Notes: generated by a model not told the origin, from the sequence alone. A DNA stretch of 64,000 nt from an uncultured bacterium (GCA_965552055.1 CBEVQO010000001.1:431106-495105), one strand, 5' to 3'; positions 26,355 to 36,020 are shown, numbered from the stretch's first letter. Numbers and translations: made by a program.

Positions 26355-27446
26355 GTGGAGAGAGCGTTTCTCGTAGGTGTACTTTTACCCTACGAAGAAA
26401 AATGGGAAAAAATAGATTCTTTGAATGAATTAGAAAGCCTATGCAGAACAGCAGGCGCTGAAGTAGTTGGAAGAACATTGCAAAGAAGAGATAGAATAAA
26501 CCCTGCATTTTTCATTGGAAAAGGAAAAGCCGAAGAACTTCGCAAAATAGCAGATGAATTGAATATCGACCTTTTTGTGTTTGATGACGAACTATCACCT
26601 GCACAGGTTAGAAATCTCGAAGAAGTAACAGGAAGAAAAATAATAGACAGAACCGAATTAATTCTGGATATATTTGCACAACATGCAAAAACAAGAGCTG
26701 CAAAAATAGAAGTAGAATTAACACAGCTTAAATATAGATTAACAAGATTAACAGGTAAAGGAATAGAGTTATCAAGACTGGGAGGAGGAATTGGAACAAG
26801 GGGACCCGGTGAAAAAAAGCTGGAAGTGGATAGAAGAAAGATTAAAGAAAGAATAAGAACATTACAAAAAAAATTGAAAGATATAGAAAGGCAAAGGGAA
26901 ATACAAAGTAAAAGGCGGAAAGAAGTAAAAAGGATAGCAATAGTTGGATATACAAATGCTGGCAAAACGACTCTTATGAACAGATTAACTCATTCCAATC
27001 TTTACACCGATGATAAACTTTTTGCGACTCTTGACGCAACAACCAGGCGTTTAATTTTACCAGATGGAATAAAAGCAGTCATAACGGATACAATCGGATT
27101 TATAAGACGCTTACCTCATGGACTTATTTCTTCTTTCCATTCGACTTTGCAGGAAGCTATTGAAGCGGATTTGAGACTACATGTAATAGACGCAAGTCAT
27201 CCAAGAGTGGAACTGCAAATAATGGCTGGAAACGAAATTTTAGAAGCACTCGGAGTAGCAGATAAACCAACTTTATATGTATTCAACAAAATTGATAAAG
27301 ATAGAGAAAATGTCCCCTATTTGAAAAGAAATTATCCTGATGCTGTCTTTGTATCTGCGTTAACAGGTGAAGGTATCGACGAACTAAAGGAAAGAATCTG
27401 CGAAATGCTTAAAAAATGCTCGCAGCACTCAAATACTACTCAATAA
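26355..27446 (+). CDS. hflX: Ribosome-splitting GTPase HflX
   Basis: GIGTRGPGE, GYTNAGKTT, LFATLD, DTIGF, NKID. Confidence 0.96.
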   Translation: MERAFLVGVLLPYEEKWEKIDSLNELESLCRTAGAEVVGRTLQRRDRINPAFFIGKGKAEELRKIADELNIDLFVFDDELSPAQVRNLEEVTGRKIIDRTELILDIFAQHAKTRAAKIEVELTQLKYRLTRLTGKGIELSRLGGGIGTRGPGEKKLEVDRRKIKERIRTLQKKLKDIERQREIQSKRRKEVKRIAIVGYTNAGKTTLMNRLTHSNLYTDDKLFATLDATTRRLILPDGIKAVITDTIGFIRRLPHGLISSFHSTLQEAIEADLRLHVIDASHPRVELQIMAGNEILEALGVADKPTLYVFNKIDKDRENVPYLKRNYPDAVFVSALTGEGIDELKERICEMLKKCSQHSNTTQ

Positions 27447-28270
27447 GATTGGCAATAGTTTTGCACAAAGCTTTGCCTGAATTCGTAAAAATAATAATTT
27501 GCTATTCGCTCGCTTTCCTCTCTTTCTTATTTTTGAAAAATAGAAGAAAAATAATCGAAGAAAATATTAAAATAATTACCGGAAAAGAAAATAAAAAGTT
27601 AGTTTTACAAACTTTCATAAATTTTTCGCTGGATTTTGCAGATTTGCTTAAAATTTATTGTTTGAATAGTGAAAAAATTAAGAAATTGCCTAAAATAATC
27701 AGAGGGACAGAATATATTGAAAATGCGTTAAAAAACGGGAAAGGCATAATTTTTGTTGACGCACATCTCGGCAATTGGGAAGTGGGAGGTTGTTTTCTCG
27801 GAGCAATGGGTTACCCTGTAGTCGCAGTTGTCGAACCTTTAAAAGATAAAAGATACTATAAACTATTGAATAAATTGAGAACAAAAACAGGAATGGGCAT
27901 CATCGAACTGAATCTTTCTGTAGGCAGGAATATTTTAAAAAATTTGAAACAGGGGAAACTCGTGGTATTACTTGGTGATAGAGATTTGACAGGCACAGGA
28001 ATAGAGGTTGAATTTTTTGGTAAAAAGGCAAGGTTACCGAAGGGACCTGCACAATTTGCATTGAAAACAGGAGCACCTATAATAACAGGATACTTTGTGA
28101 GAAAAGGACTACATTACATAGTAGAAGCAGAGCCACCCATAAATTATATTCCCACGGGTGATAAAGAGAAAGACATAAGAAATCTAACAGAGATATTAGC
28201 AAAAAGGCTTGAAAATAAAATAAAAGAATATCCAACTCAATGGTATGTATTTCAAAGACCATGGGATTGA
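27416..28270 (+). CDS. Lipid acyltransferase of the LpxL/PatA family, PatA-like
   Basis: HLGNWE, LLGDRDLTGTGIEVEFFG, GPAQFA, PTQW. Confidence 0.8.
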   Translation: MLAALKYYSIRLAIVLHKALPEFVKIIICYSLAFLSFLFLKNRRKIIEENIKIITGKENKKLVLQTFINFSLDFADLLKIYCLNSEKIKKLPKIIRGTEYIENALKNGKGIIFVDAHLGNWEVGGCFLGAMGYPVVAVVEPLKDKRYYKLLNKLRTKTGMGIIELNLSVGRNILKNLKQGKLVVLLGDRDLTGTGIEVEFFGKKARLPKGPAQFALKTGAPIITGYFVRKGLHYIVEAEPPINYIPTGDKEKDIRNLTEILAKRLENKIKEYPTQWYVFQRPWD

Positions 28271-29364
28271 AAATTTTAATAGTTACTGACTTCTATTATC
28301 CATTTCCTGGCGGTATTTCCGAGCATGTTCATCATCTTTATGAAGAACTTAAAAAATTGGGACATGATGTTAAGATTCTGACAACAAGATATGGAAAAGA
28401 TGACGACAAAATAAAAAATCCAGATGTAATAAGAGTTGGTAGATTTATACCCATTCCTTCAATTTTTGCAAATTTTTCAAAAGGCGGGATACCTTATAGC
28501 TGGGATATGAACAAAAAGATTTACGAAGTAATAAACAACGGAAATTTTGACATAATCCATATTCAGGGTTTGCTTCCAACATTACCTTTGCGTGCTTTAA
28601 AATACTCAAATACAAAAAATGTGGCAACAACTCATATAAGTTTCAAAAGAAATTTCTGGTATCTGGCTTTTAAAAAACCATCAATGCCCTACTTCAAAAA
28701 AATACATAAGCTTATAGCGGTATCGGAAGAAGCAAAAAAATGCATCGAAAAATTTCTGCCGGGTGATTATAAAATAATACCAAATGGCATCGACCTTAAA
28801 AGATTTAATCCCAAAGTTAAGCCGTTTACTCAATTTGACGATAAAAAGAACATATTATTCCTCGGAAGATTTGACCCAAGAAAAGGACTCCATATATTGC
28901 TAAAAGCTTTCAAAATTTTAAGACAAAAGAGAAACGACATCCGCTTAATGGTAGTTGGCAGGGGGAAACCTCCCAAATTACCTGAACCTTACTTTTTGAA
29001 GATAAATGCGGATAGAGATGAAGTTCCTCGCTTTTATCGCACAGCCGATGTTTATGTATCACCTGCGTTAATGGGAGAAAGTTTCGGCATAGTGCTACTC
29101 GAAGCTATGGCAACGGGCACACCCGTTATTGCATCGGATATACCAGGATATAGATGTGTAATCAAAGATAAAGAAAATGGATTGCTTTTCAAAACAGGAG
29201 ATCCACATGACCTTGCCCAGAAGATAGATTTGATACTGGAAGACGAAAAATTGCGTGAAAAATTGATTAACGGAGGTCTCAATACGGCAAAAAAATATTC
29301 ATGGGACAAAATAGCCAAAGAAGTTGAAAAAATATACTTTGAACTGGTTGAAAAGAAAATTTGA
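28261..29364 (+). CDS. GT4 glycosyltransferase, PimA-like
   Basis: PFPGGISEHV, IIPNGID, FLGRFDPRKG, GESFGIVLLEAMA; overlaps the acyltransferase stop. Confidence 0.8.
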   Translation: MGLKILIVTDFYYPFPGGISEHVHHLYEELKKLGHDVKILTTRYGKDDDKIKNPDVIRVGRFIPIPSIFANFSKGGIPYSWDMNKKIYEVINNGNFDIIHIQGLLPTLPLRALKYSNTKNVATTHISFKRNFWYLAFKKPSMPYFKKIHKLIAVSEEAKKCIEKFLPGDYKIIPNGIDLKRFNPKVKPFTQFDDKKNILFLGRFDPRKGLHILLKAFKILRQKRNDIRLMVVGRGKPPKLPEPYFLKINADRDEVPRFYRTADVYVSPALMGESFGIVLLEAMATGTPVIASDIPGYRCVIKDKENGLLFKTGDPHDLAQKIDLILEDEKLREKLINGGLNTAKKYSWDKIAKEVEKIYFELVEKKI

Positions 29365-30098
29365 GCCCACCTATTTTAACATATCACAAAATATGCAAAT
29401 TTGATGTCGGGGGAACATGGGTAACACCCCTCCAGTTTGAATCCCACATTAAATTTTTAAAAAAGAAAGGCATAAATCTTTGCACAATCTCTGATGCTTT
29501 GAAAGGAAAAGGGACAGGTTTATCATTTGACGATGGTTATGAAAACTTCTATACCTATGGGAAAGATATTTTGTTAAAATATGGATACAGGGCAACAATT
29601 TTTGTAATCGCAGGCTTTATCGGCAAAGAAAATAACTGGGATGTAAATTTTGGAGTAAAATTTAAGCATCTGAACAGGAAACAAATAAAAGAACTGGCAG
29701 ATTTGGGATTTGAAATAGGTTCGCACACTCTGACACATCGTGATTTGACAAAGTTACCGGAAAATGAAATCAAAAAAGAGCTAAAAGAATCAAAGAAAAT
29801 ACTTGAAGATATAACAGGAAAGGAAGTAAAATATTTATCTTATCCGTTTGGTAGATATAATGAGCGGATTGAGGAGATATTATGTGAAGAAGGGTATGAA
29901 AGGGGCTTTTCCATAAATCCATTTAAAAATGGGGATATTACAATCGGAAGAGTAGGCGTTTACCTAATTGATTTCAACAATTTTTTATTTTACAAATTGG
30001 GGGCAGATGGCATATCTTTCCTTGAGAAAGTGAAATCCTCAGTGATAAACTATTTCTCGAATCTCTCCGCTTTTTACAAGTTTATTTTAAAGAAGTGA
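29361..30098 (+). CDS. Polysaccharide deacetylase (CE4/NodB)
   Basis: ILTYH, SFDDG, GSHTLTH, SYPFG. Confidence 0.88.
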   Translation: MSPPILTYHKICKFDVGGTWVTPLQFESHIKFLKKKGINLCTISDALKGKGTGLSFDDGYENFYTYGKDILLKYGYRATIFVIAGFIGKENNWDVNFGVKFKHLNRKQIKELADLGFEIGSHTLTHRDLTKLPENEIKKELKESKKILEDITGKEVKYLSYPFGRYNERIEEILCEEGYERGFSINPFKNGDITIGRVGVYLIDFNNFLFYKLGADGISFLEKVKSSVINYFSNLSAFYKFILKK

Positions 30099-30108
30099 AA
30101 AGATAACT

Positions 30109-30582
30109 TTACATAAGTATTATTTTCTTCATAAGGAATTTTTCGCCTTTTTGTATTTTCAGGAAATAAATGCCTTCGGGTAAATTCAGTTGCCATTCTA
30201 TTCTGTATAAGCCGGCTTTTGAATGCCAGTGACGAATTTCCTCTCTTTTTCTTCCTGATATATCGTAAAGCATAAACTTTATTTCTCCTGCCTTTTCTAT
30301 CACATATTCTATTTTCAATGTGGTCTTAACGGGATTGGGATAAATTCGTTTTATTCCAAAGCGAGGAAATTGAATCTTCTTTTCCGAGATTCCTGTGGTT
30401 GGAAAGCATGGCAATCCGTACAGCGTATAGTTAGCTCCACTGGACTTACCACCCGTATAACTTAAAGAAATACAAGCATCGTAAGACGATGAAGATAGTT
30501 TGCATCCATTATTGATATTCGCGAATCTCAAAGAATATGCCGAAAGTATAAATGGAAAGATTATACTAAATATCGCTCTCAT
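30109..30582 (-). CDS. Small secreted protein with T9SS type A-like C-terminal sorting domain
   Basis: Signal-like MRAIFSIIFPFILSA; YPNP...YDISGR...LPEGIYFLKI...KKII; SD AGGAGGGG before ATG 30582. Confidence 0.75.
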   Translation of the reverse strand: MRAIFSIIFPFILSAYSLRFANINNGCKLSSSSYDACISLSYTGGKSSGANYTLYGLPCFPTTGISEKKIQFPRFGIKRIYPNPVKTTLKIEYVIEKAGEIKFMLYDISGRKREEIRHWHSKAGLYRIEWQLNLPEGIYFLKIQKGEKFLMKKIILM

Positions 30583-30592
30583 CCCCCCCTCC

Positions 30593-32620
30593 TTATTCTT
30601 CATTCTTCTTTCTCTTCCGTTCATGCTTTAATTTTTTCTCTAATTTTTCTCGTTCTTGCTTTAATTTGAATTTTCTCATCATTTCGTCTAATTCATTTTG
30701 ACGCATTTTATCTTCTTCGTGTTCATGCTTTTTCATGCGTTTATATCTCCTCTGATAATCTACGCCCATTTCTTTTGGATACCCATATGCTTCTGGATAT
30801 AACAGTTGTCCAGGTTTGCACAGCTTAGACTCGCTTTTATCCTGTACAACTGGTTTGCGTAATTTCTTTATTACCGGGTCGTCTCTATCAGCTAAAACAA
30901 TATAGGATACTTCACGATTTGGCTCACCATAAACTTTGAATGCAGTATAATCCGAATTCCATTCATAACCCACCAAGAAAGGCTTACCTATAGGTGTTAG
31001 GTTAACGGTTGCTTCATCCTCTTTTGTGAGCGCTGCAAAGTAATCTGGCATCTTTACAGTTGCCTCGCCATTTGCATCAAGTCTAACCTTACCACGATAA
31101 AGACACAAATATTCAGGTGATTCAACAAAATTATGTCTTAAAAGTTTATTTTCAGGGTCAAGCGGATGGTCAATTACAAAAGAGCCCGCACCTTTTGATA
31201 ATGTACCAGTAATATGCACATCGCCATTAAAATAACCTGCGTAGTAGCCACCGCTACTATACCCATATACTCCTGCGTAGTAAGACTTACCATACACCCC
31301 TATATATCCTCCTTCAAAATATCCACCGTATCCATAGAAATCAGCTGGCCAGCATTTCCCATAGACACCTTTAGCATCATAATTACCACCGGGATTGTTA
31401 TATCCGTATATGGCATAAGAACTTGAGGAATAACTATTAAGTGCTTTCCCTTCCACTCCGTAATATTTACCCGTTCCATATACGGCTGGATAACTGCCTG
31501 TAACATTTGCTAATACTCCATTATAACTTCCAGAAATATAAATAGGATTTGTGCAACCTGTTATCCAGATACCATCTGTGCAACCTGAGATTTCAATGCC
31601 GCGGCTCCCTCCATCTATATCAATCGCATCGTCACTAACCGCTCCGCTTGGAATATAAATGCCGTCAGTTCCTGCACTACTAATCTCTATTCCGTTACCG
31701 CCTGCACTTATCTCTATTCCATTATCTCCTGCATCTATCTCTATGCCTTCGTATGCACCACTTGAATGTACTTCTAGAGCATCGTCACTACTACAAACAA
31801 TATCAAGAGCTGCCGACATAGACGAAGTGCCTATTCCTACAAATCCTGAAGTTTTATAAACATTGCTTCCCGATATCGTCCAATCGTTATCCCCTGCGTT
31901 ATCATTGCTCGGTGCCCATTGTGAACCATTCCATTTAAGCACCTGACCAGTTGAAGCTCCTCCCGATTGATCCCACCTTATAAATGCAGAAGCATGATAG
32001 CCATCTACTTTGTCAGAATTTAAAGAATAATTAGCAGTATCTGAAGCACCCCCCACCTCATCATCCGCAGGCGACCATTGAGTACCATTCCACTTTAAAA
32101 CCTGACCTACTGAAGCTCCTCCTGATTGTTTCCACCTTATAAAGTCCCCTGAATCATAATCATCTAATTTATCTGCATTCGGATATTTGTCACCCCAATT
32201 ATGCCCGTCTAATTTATCAGCATTTTTAGAGTAATCACAGGTATCAGCTTTAAAACTATAAGGCACTCCCGTTATCCTTAATCTCGGACTTAATGTCTGT
32301 CCGTTTACCACTATCTCAAGATACCTGTCGCTTCCCGGAAAATATTTCTTACTAATTGATAAAACTTTCGAAAAATAGCCATTAGAAACATTCACAGAAT
32401 AGGTAGAAGATGTCCATATCGGTGTACCCCCACTTGAAGTCGTGTAAAGTTTGAATTTCATTTGCACCGTGCCATTCACAGGCGAGCCATTTTCTTCTAA
32501 ATATCCCTGCACTGTAATAGCCGCAGGCACAGCTTTCACTTCCGTTACTTTATACCCATTACTACCTTTTTCTATCGCCCGTGTCTCCACTGCAAGGAGA
32601 AAGAGACACAGCCACAACAT
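30593..32620 (-). CDS. Large secreted fibre-like / beta-helical repeat protein
   Basis: Signal peptide; N-domain ITVQGYL...YLEIVVNGQTLSPR...VPYS; NADKLDG and GQVLKWNG repeats; GIEI/GVYG repeats; C-domain SKGAGSFVIDHPLDPENK...HNFVESPE; coiled-coil tail. Confidence 0.7.
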   Translation of the reverse strand: MLWLCLFLLAVETRAIEKGSNGYKVTEVKAVPAAITVQGYLEENGSPVNGTVQMKFKLYTTSSGGTPIWTSSTYSVNVSNGYFSKVLSISKKYFPGSDRYLEIVVNGQTLSPRLRITGVPYSFKADTCDYSKNADKLDGHNWGDKYPNADKLDDYDSGDFIRWKQSGGASVGQVLKWNGTQWSPADDEVGGASDTANYSLNSDKVDGYHASAFIRWDQSGGASTGQVLKWNGSQWAPSNDNAGDNDWTISGSNVYKTSGFVGIGTSSMSAALDIVCSSDDALEVHSSGAYEGIEIDAGDNGIEISAGGNGIEISSAGTDGIYIPSGAVSDDAIDIDGGSRGIEISGCTDGIWITGCTNPIYISGSYNGVLANVTGSYPAVYGTGKYYGVEGKALNSYSSSSYAIYGYNNPGGNYDAKGVYGKCWPADFYGYGGYFEGGYIGVYGKSYYAGVYGYSSGGYYAGYFNGDVHITGTLSKGAGSFVIDHPLDPENKLLRHNFVESPEYLCLYRGKVRLDANGEATVKMPDYFAALTKEDEATVNLTPIGKPFLVGYEWNSDYTAFKVYGEPNREVSYIVLADRDDPVIKKLRKPVVQDKSESKLCKPGQLLYPEAYGYPKEMGVDYQRRYKRMKKHEHEEDKMRQNELDEMMRKFKLKQEREKLEKKLKHERKRKKNEE
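31915..32143 (-). repeat. Intragenic direct repeat, 159-nt (53-aa) period
   Basis: FIRWxQSGGASxGQVLKWNGxQW occurs twice; CACCTTATAAA at 31974 and 32133. Confidence 0.9.
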
Positions 32621-32674
32621 AGCCCCTCCTTTTTGATTTCCGCCAGTATTTACTTTGTTTGTAAAAGGGGGACC

Positions 32675-32734
32675 TTAATGAAAATATACCTCTACGAGAG
32701 AGAGAGAGTTCAGTATGTAAGCTCGATTGTGCAT
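32675..32734 (-). CDS. Putative leaderless leader peptide MHNRAYILNSLSLVEVYFH containing a (CT)n tract
   Basis: ATG 6 nt after TATAAT (alternative ATG 32737); TAA at 32677-32675; in frame with the fibre gene. Confidence 0.55.
   Translation of the reverse strand: MHNRAYILNSLSLVEVYFH
32696..32708. repeat. Dinucleotide microsatellite (GA)6G / (CT)6C
   Basis: GAGAGAGAGAGAG read directly. Confidence 0.9.
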
Positions 32735-32740
32735 CATAAC

Positions 32741-32767
32741 ATTATAACCAGGATAGGGGGTTGTCAA
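32741..32767 (-). promoter_or_regulatory. Sigma70-like promoter TTGACA-N15-TATAAT for the leader-fibre-CTD operon
   Basis: Perfect hexamers at 32767-32762 and 32746-32741. Confidence 0.8.
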
Positions 32768-32790
32768 GGAAAAATTTTTGAAAATCATGC

Positions 32791-32818
32791 TTGACAGGGT
32801 TGGAAAAACTATTAAAAT
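32791..32818 (+). promoter_or_regulatory. Sigma70-like promoter TTGACA-N16-TAAAAT (leaderless)
   Basis: The only 16-bp spacer seen; ATG 32824 lies 5 nt after the -10. Confidence 0.7.
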
Positions 32819-32823
32819 TTACG

Positions 32824-33573
32824 ATGCTCATAAGGAGAAGCACCATTTATTACTTCATAAAATTACTGGGAATTATGAATTTTCTCAACGGAGCATACAT
32901 CCTTGTAGCAATCGCCTCCCCCGAATACAAAATTTTCAAACTGATTCATATATTGCCTTTGCCTTTCACATTAATCGTGGCTTTCTCTTCAATGATTATT
33001 GGAGCAGGTTTACTTTATCACAAAAACTGGGCAAGAATAGGTTTATTTATAGTATCTCTTCCCTTAAATCTGCTTCTACTTTATTTCATCAAAAAAGCAG
33101 GATATAAATTCGCTTCTTACCCTTTTCAAACTTTTAAAGACCCTTACATAGCGCAAATTTATGCTTCGATAAATTCTTTCTTAATACTGGTTATCCTCTT
33201 CACAAGAGAGTATGCGAACGATTACTTCAAAGGTGTACCCCTCTCACCCGAAGAGCGCCTATCTTTCAAAAAAGTCCTCATATCCATTCGAAAATTCTTC
33301 GGTGTGCTCCTATTACTTGGTCAGGCATTTTGTTTTTACTTTATCCTTGTTGAGAATAAACTTTTTTATTTTTTATTATGGATACTGGCTTTTTGTGCTG
33401 TTGTGCTACTTGGTGCGCTACTATTCGGATGGAAAAATGCCCGCAAACTCGTTGGCTGGATAGCAATAATTGAATCGTTTTTTATGATGCTCGCACCGGA
33501 AGTTAAATTCTGGGGAGCACTGCTAACCTTATTTGGAATCATAGTATTGATATGGCGAAGACGAAAGAAATAA
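32824..33573 (+). CDS. Hypothetical polytopic membrane protein
   Basis: About 8 hydrophobic segments in two similar halves (KNWARI / WKNARK). Start reassigned from the promoter. Confidence 0.65.
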   Translation: MLIRRSTIYYFIKLLGIMNFLNGAYILVAIASPEYKIFKLIHILPLPFTLIVAFSSMIIGAGLLYHKNWARIGLFIVSLPLNLLLLYFIKKAGYKFASYPFQTFKDPYIAQIYASINSFLILVILFTREYANDYFKGVPLSPEERLSFKKVLISIRKFFGVLLLLGQAFCFYFILVENKLFYFLLWILAFCAVVLLGALLFGWKNARKLVGWIAIIESFFMMLAPEVKFWGALLTLFGIIVLIWRRRKK

Positions 33574-34418
33574 TTCTTTTTATATTAATATTTCTCGCCG
33601 ATTTCAAAGTAAGGATTTTACACGAAGAAGAGTTTATCCGCAAGGATGTTAATGATTTCGAATTTAAACTTGCGGTATTTGTATCGGATTTCTTTGACTC
33701 CGTAAAAATGAATAACCCTTTCCCTTACATAAATGAGAAAAATGAAGTAGAAACAACCACAATAGGTTTACTAATGGCAAAAGAAGAATGGATGCTCTGG
33801 TCAGAACTTCCTTTCATCTTATTTATAGATAAAAACGAAAAAATATGGCTAAAAGAATTTCCACATTATAATCCGATGAGGGCTTATGCTGATTCTGTCG
33901 AAGATGACTTATTCTTGTATATTGATCAATCAAAAGGTTTCCCGAAATTAAAAATGCTTAAAGCGATGCTAAAAGAAAGATGGAATAAAGGAGACAAAGG
34001 TGAAGATGTAAAAAAGGCAATATTGTATATTGATTCTTTGATGAAATCATTTAAAGGATATAACTACGATTCCGAAATTGCAAAATTGCTATCAGCGGAA
34101 TTGTCTTTTATAGGTATGCGAACAGCATATCTAAACCTGCTTGAAATGAAAAAATTTTTAAAAGAAAGAAATGGAGAAATGCTGGCATTCGCGGTATTTC
34201 ACGCCGATACAGGAATAGCAGAATTCGACCTTACTGCTTCTAAAGATCAACCAATGCTTTATATCATAATCCCAAAAAGAGAACCAAATTTGCTTCAAAT
34301 GGATTTATTATGTAATGGTAGATTAATTTTCAGAAAAAGATGCTGGCTAAATATGTCCTATTATATCAAAATTATTCCCTTATCTTTCCTCTCATCGGAA
34401 CGAAGCGAACAGGAATAA
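33552..34418 (+). CDS. Hypothetical protein with N-terminal hydrophobic segment
   Basis: 288-aa ORF with genome-typical composition; no recognised motif. Confidence 0.55.
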   Translation: MAKTKEIILFILIFLADFKVRILHEEEFIRKDVNDFEFKLAVFVSDFFDSVKMNNPFPYINEKNEVETTTIGLLMAKEEWMLWSELPFILFIDKNEKIWLKEFPHYNPMRAYADSVEDDLFLYIDQSKGFPKLKMLKAMLKERWNKGDKGEDVKKAILYIDSLMKSFKGYNYDSEIAKLLSAELSFIGMRTAYLNLLEMKKFLKERNGEMLAFAVFHADTGIAEFDLTASKDQPMLYIIIPKREPNLLQMDLLCNGRLIFRKRCWLNMSYYIKIIPLSFLSSERSEQE

Positions 34419-35055
34419 CTGAGTGCTTTATCAAACCTTTTTCTGTCTTTATGTAAAGATTTAGAACCTGAAATTCATCTCCCTCGGGTATCACAAGTCT
34501 TCCACCCATTTTTAATTGCTCTATCAAAGGTTCGGGCACTCTTGGAGCTGCACATGTAACTATTATGGCATCATAAGGAGAATGTTCTTTCCAGCCATAA
34601 AACCCATCACCATGTTTTACATACACATTTTTATAGCCCAATCTTTTCAATCTTTCTCTTGCTGAATCTGCAAGCGGTTTTAAAATCTCAATCGTATAAA
34701 CTTCTTTGCACAAAAGTGATAATATTGCTGCCTGATAGCCACTGCCGGTGCCTATTTCAAGAACACGCTCATCGCCTTTTAAATCGAGCAACTGCGTCAT
34801 CAAAGCAACTACATAAGGCTGGGAAATCGTCTGCCCATATCCTATAGGTAAAGGTCTATCCTGATATGCAAATCTCTGTAATTCTTTTGGAACAAATTTA
34901 TGACGCTCAACTTTTAACATAGCATTTAAAACTCTTTCAGATGTTATACCTTCTTCCCGTAATTTATCCACCAGTGCCTTCCTTAACCTCGCATAATAAA
35001 GAGAATCGGGCTCTTTTGACATTAAAATTAAAAAACTAACGAAAAGCATCCTCAT
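34372..35055 (-). CDS. pcm: Protein-L-isoaspartate O-methyltransferase
   Basis: GQTISQPY, VLEIGTGSGYQ, PYDAIIVT, VRFVPM; GGAGG SD before ATG 35055. Confidence 0.95.
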   Translation of the reverse strand: MRMLFVSFLILMSKEPDSLYYARLRKALVDKLREEGITSERVLNAMLKVERHKFVPKELQRFAYQDRPLPIGYGQTISQPYVVALMTQLLDLKGDERVLEIGTGSGYQAAILSLLCKEVYTIEILKPLADSARERLKRLGYKNVYVKHGDGFYGWKEHSPYDAIIVTCAAPRVPEPLIEQLKMGGRLVIPEGDEFQVLNLYIKTEKGLIKHSVIPVRFVPMRGKIRE

Positions 35056-35392
35056 AATGATAAACCTCCTCCGGATGAAATATTGCAATAACATCAAATC
35101 TTACAAACTCCGGATTTAAATTTCTGGAAAAAATATATTCCTCTGCTAACTTCTTTATTTTCTCGCATTTCTTAAAATTTATGCTTTCTGCTGGATTTCT
35201 AAGAAAGTCAGATTTCAATGACCTTACTTCCACAAAAATAATTCCACCTTCTTTTTCACATATTATATCGATTTCACCAAATCTTTTCCTGTAGTTTCTT
35301 TCTAAAATTTTAAAACCTTTTTGCTCAAGATATTTTACTGCTATATCTTCTGCTTTTTTGCCGATTTCTTTTTTATATTTTCCCGTTTTCAA
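35036..35392 (-). CDS. yraN: YraN/UPF0102 family endonuclease-fold protein
   Basis: GKKAE, ILERNYR, GEIDII, FVEVR, RFDVIAI. Confidence 0.9.
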   Translation of the reverse strand: MKTGKYKKEIGKKAEDIAVKYLEQKGFKILERNYRKRFGEIDIICEKEGGIIFVEVRSLKSDFLRNPAESINFKKCEKIKKLAEEYIFSRNLNPEFVRFDVIAIFHPEEVYHYEDAFR

Positions 35393-36020
35393 TCTCTTTT
35401 AACAATTCAAAAAATTCCGGGAAAAGTTTTTTGAATATCTTGAAGCATTTCCTGTGAATTGGGCAAAAGCCTATTTTTTTCAAAATCTCTTTATGACGCT
35501 TTGTTGGATAACCTTTATTTTTAGCAAATTCATATTGTGGATACAAAATATCAAATTCTTCCATCAATCTATCTCTATAAGTTTTTGCAACGATGGAAGC
35601 TGCTGCTATGGAAAGGGATTTTCCATCACCACCCACTATCGCCTCCTGTTTTATATCAAGGTTTGGGATTTCAAATTTGCCATCTACAAGCACTATTTCG
35701 GGTTTGACTGACAAATTTTTGACTGCTCTTTTCATCGCAACCTGTGATGCTATAAGAATATTCTCATAGCGCTCTATTTCATAGTGAGACACAATACCTA
35801 TACTTACGGATATTGCCTTTTCATAAATCTGTGGCAAAAATTTCTCCCTTTGATTTGGAGTTAATTTTTTAGAGTCATTTATTCCTTCTATAACAGTATA
35901 GGGAGGGAAAACAACGGCTGCTGCCACAAGGGGACCTGCAATCGGACCCCTGCCTGCTTCATCGACGCCAGCAACATAATGTAAACCCTTATCCCAGTAC
36001 TTTACTTCATATTCTATCAT
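35373..36020 (-). CDS. rnhB: Ribonuclease HII
   Basis: [32 protein letters not shown]. Confidence 0.96.
   Translation of the reverse strand: MIEYEVKYWDKGLHYVAGVDEAGRGPIAGPLVAAAVVFPPYTVIEGINDSKKLTPNQREKFLPQIYEKAISVSIGIVSHYEIERYENILIASQVAMKRAVKNLSVKPEIVLVDGKFEIPNLDIKQEAIVGGDGKSLSIAAASIVAKTYRDRLMEEFDILYPQYEFAKNKGYPTKRHKEILKKIGFCPIHRKCFKIFKKLFPEFFELLKEIENGKI

Noticed and set aside
30593..32620. Prophage remnant suggested by the tail-fibre-like gene
   Set aside because: The gene has a signal peptide and a host-type promoter, and no other phage genes flank it.
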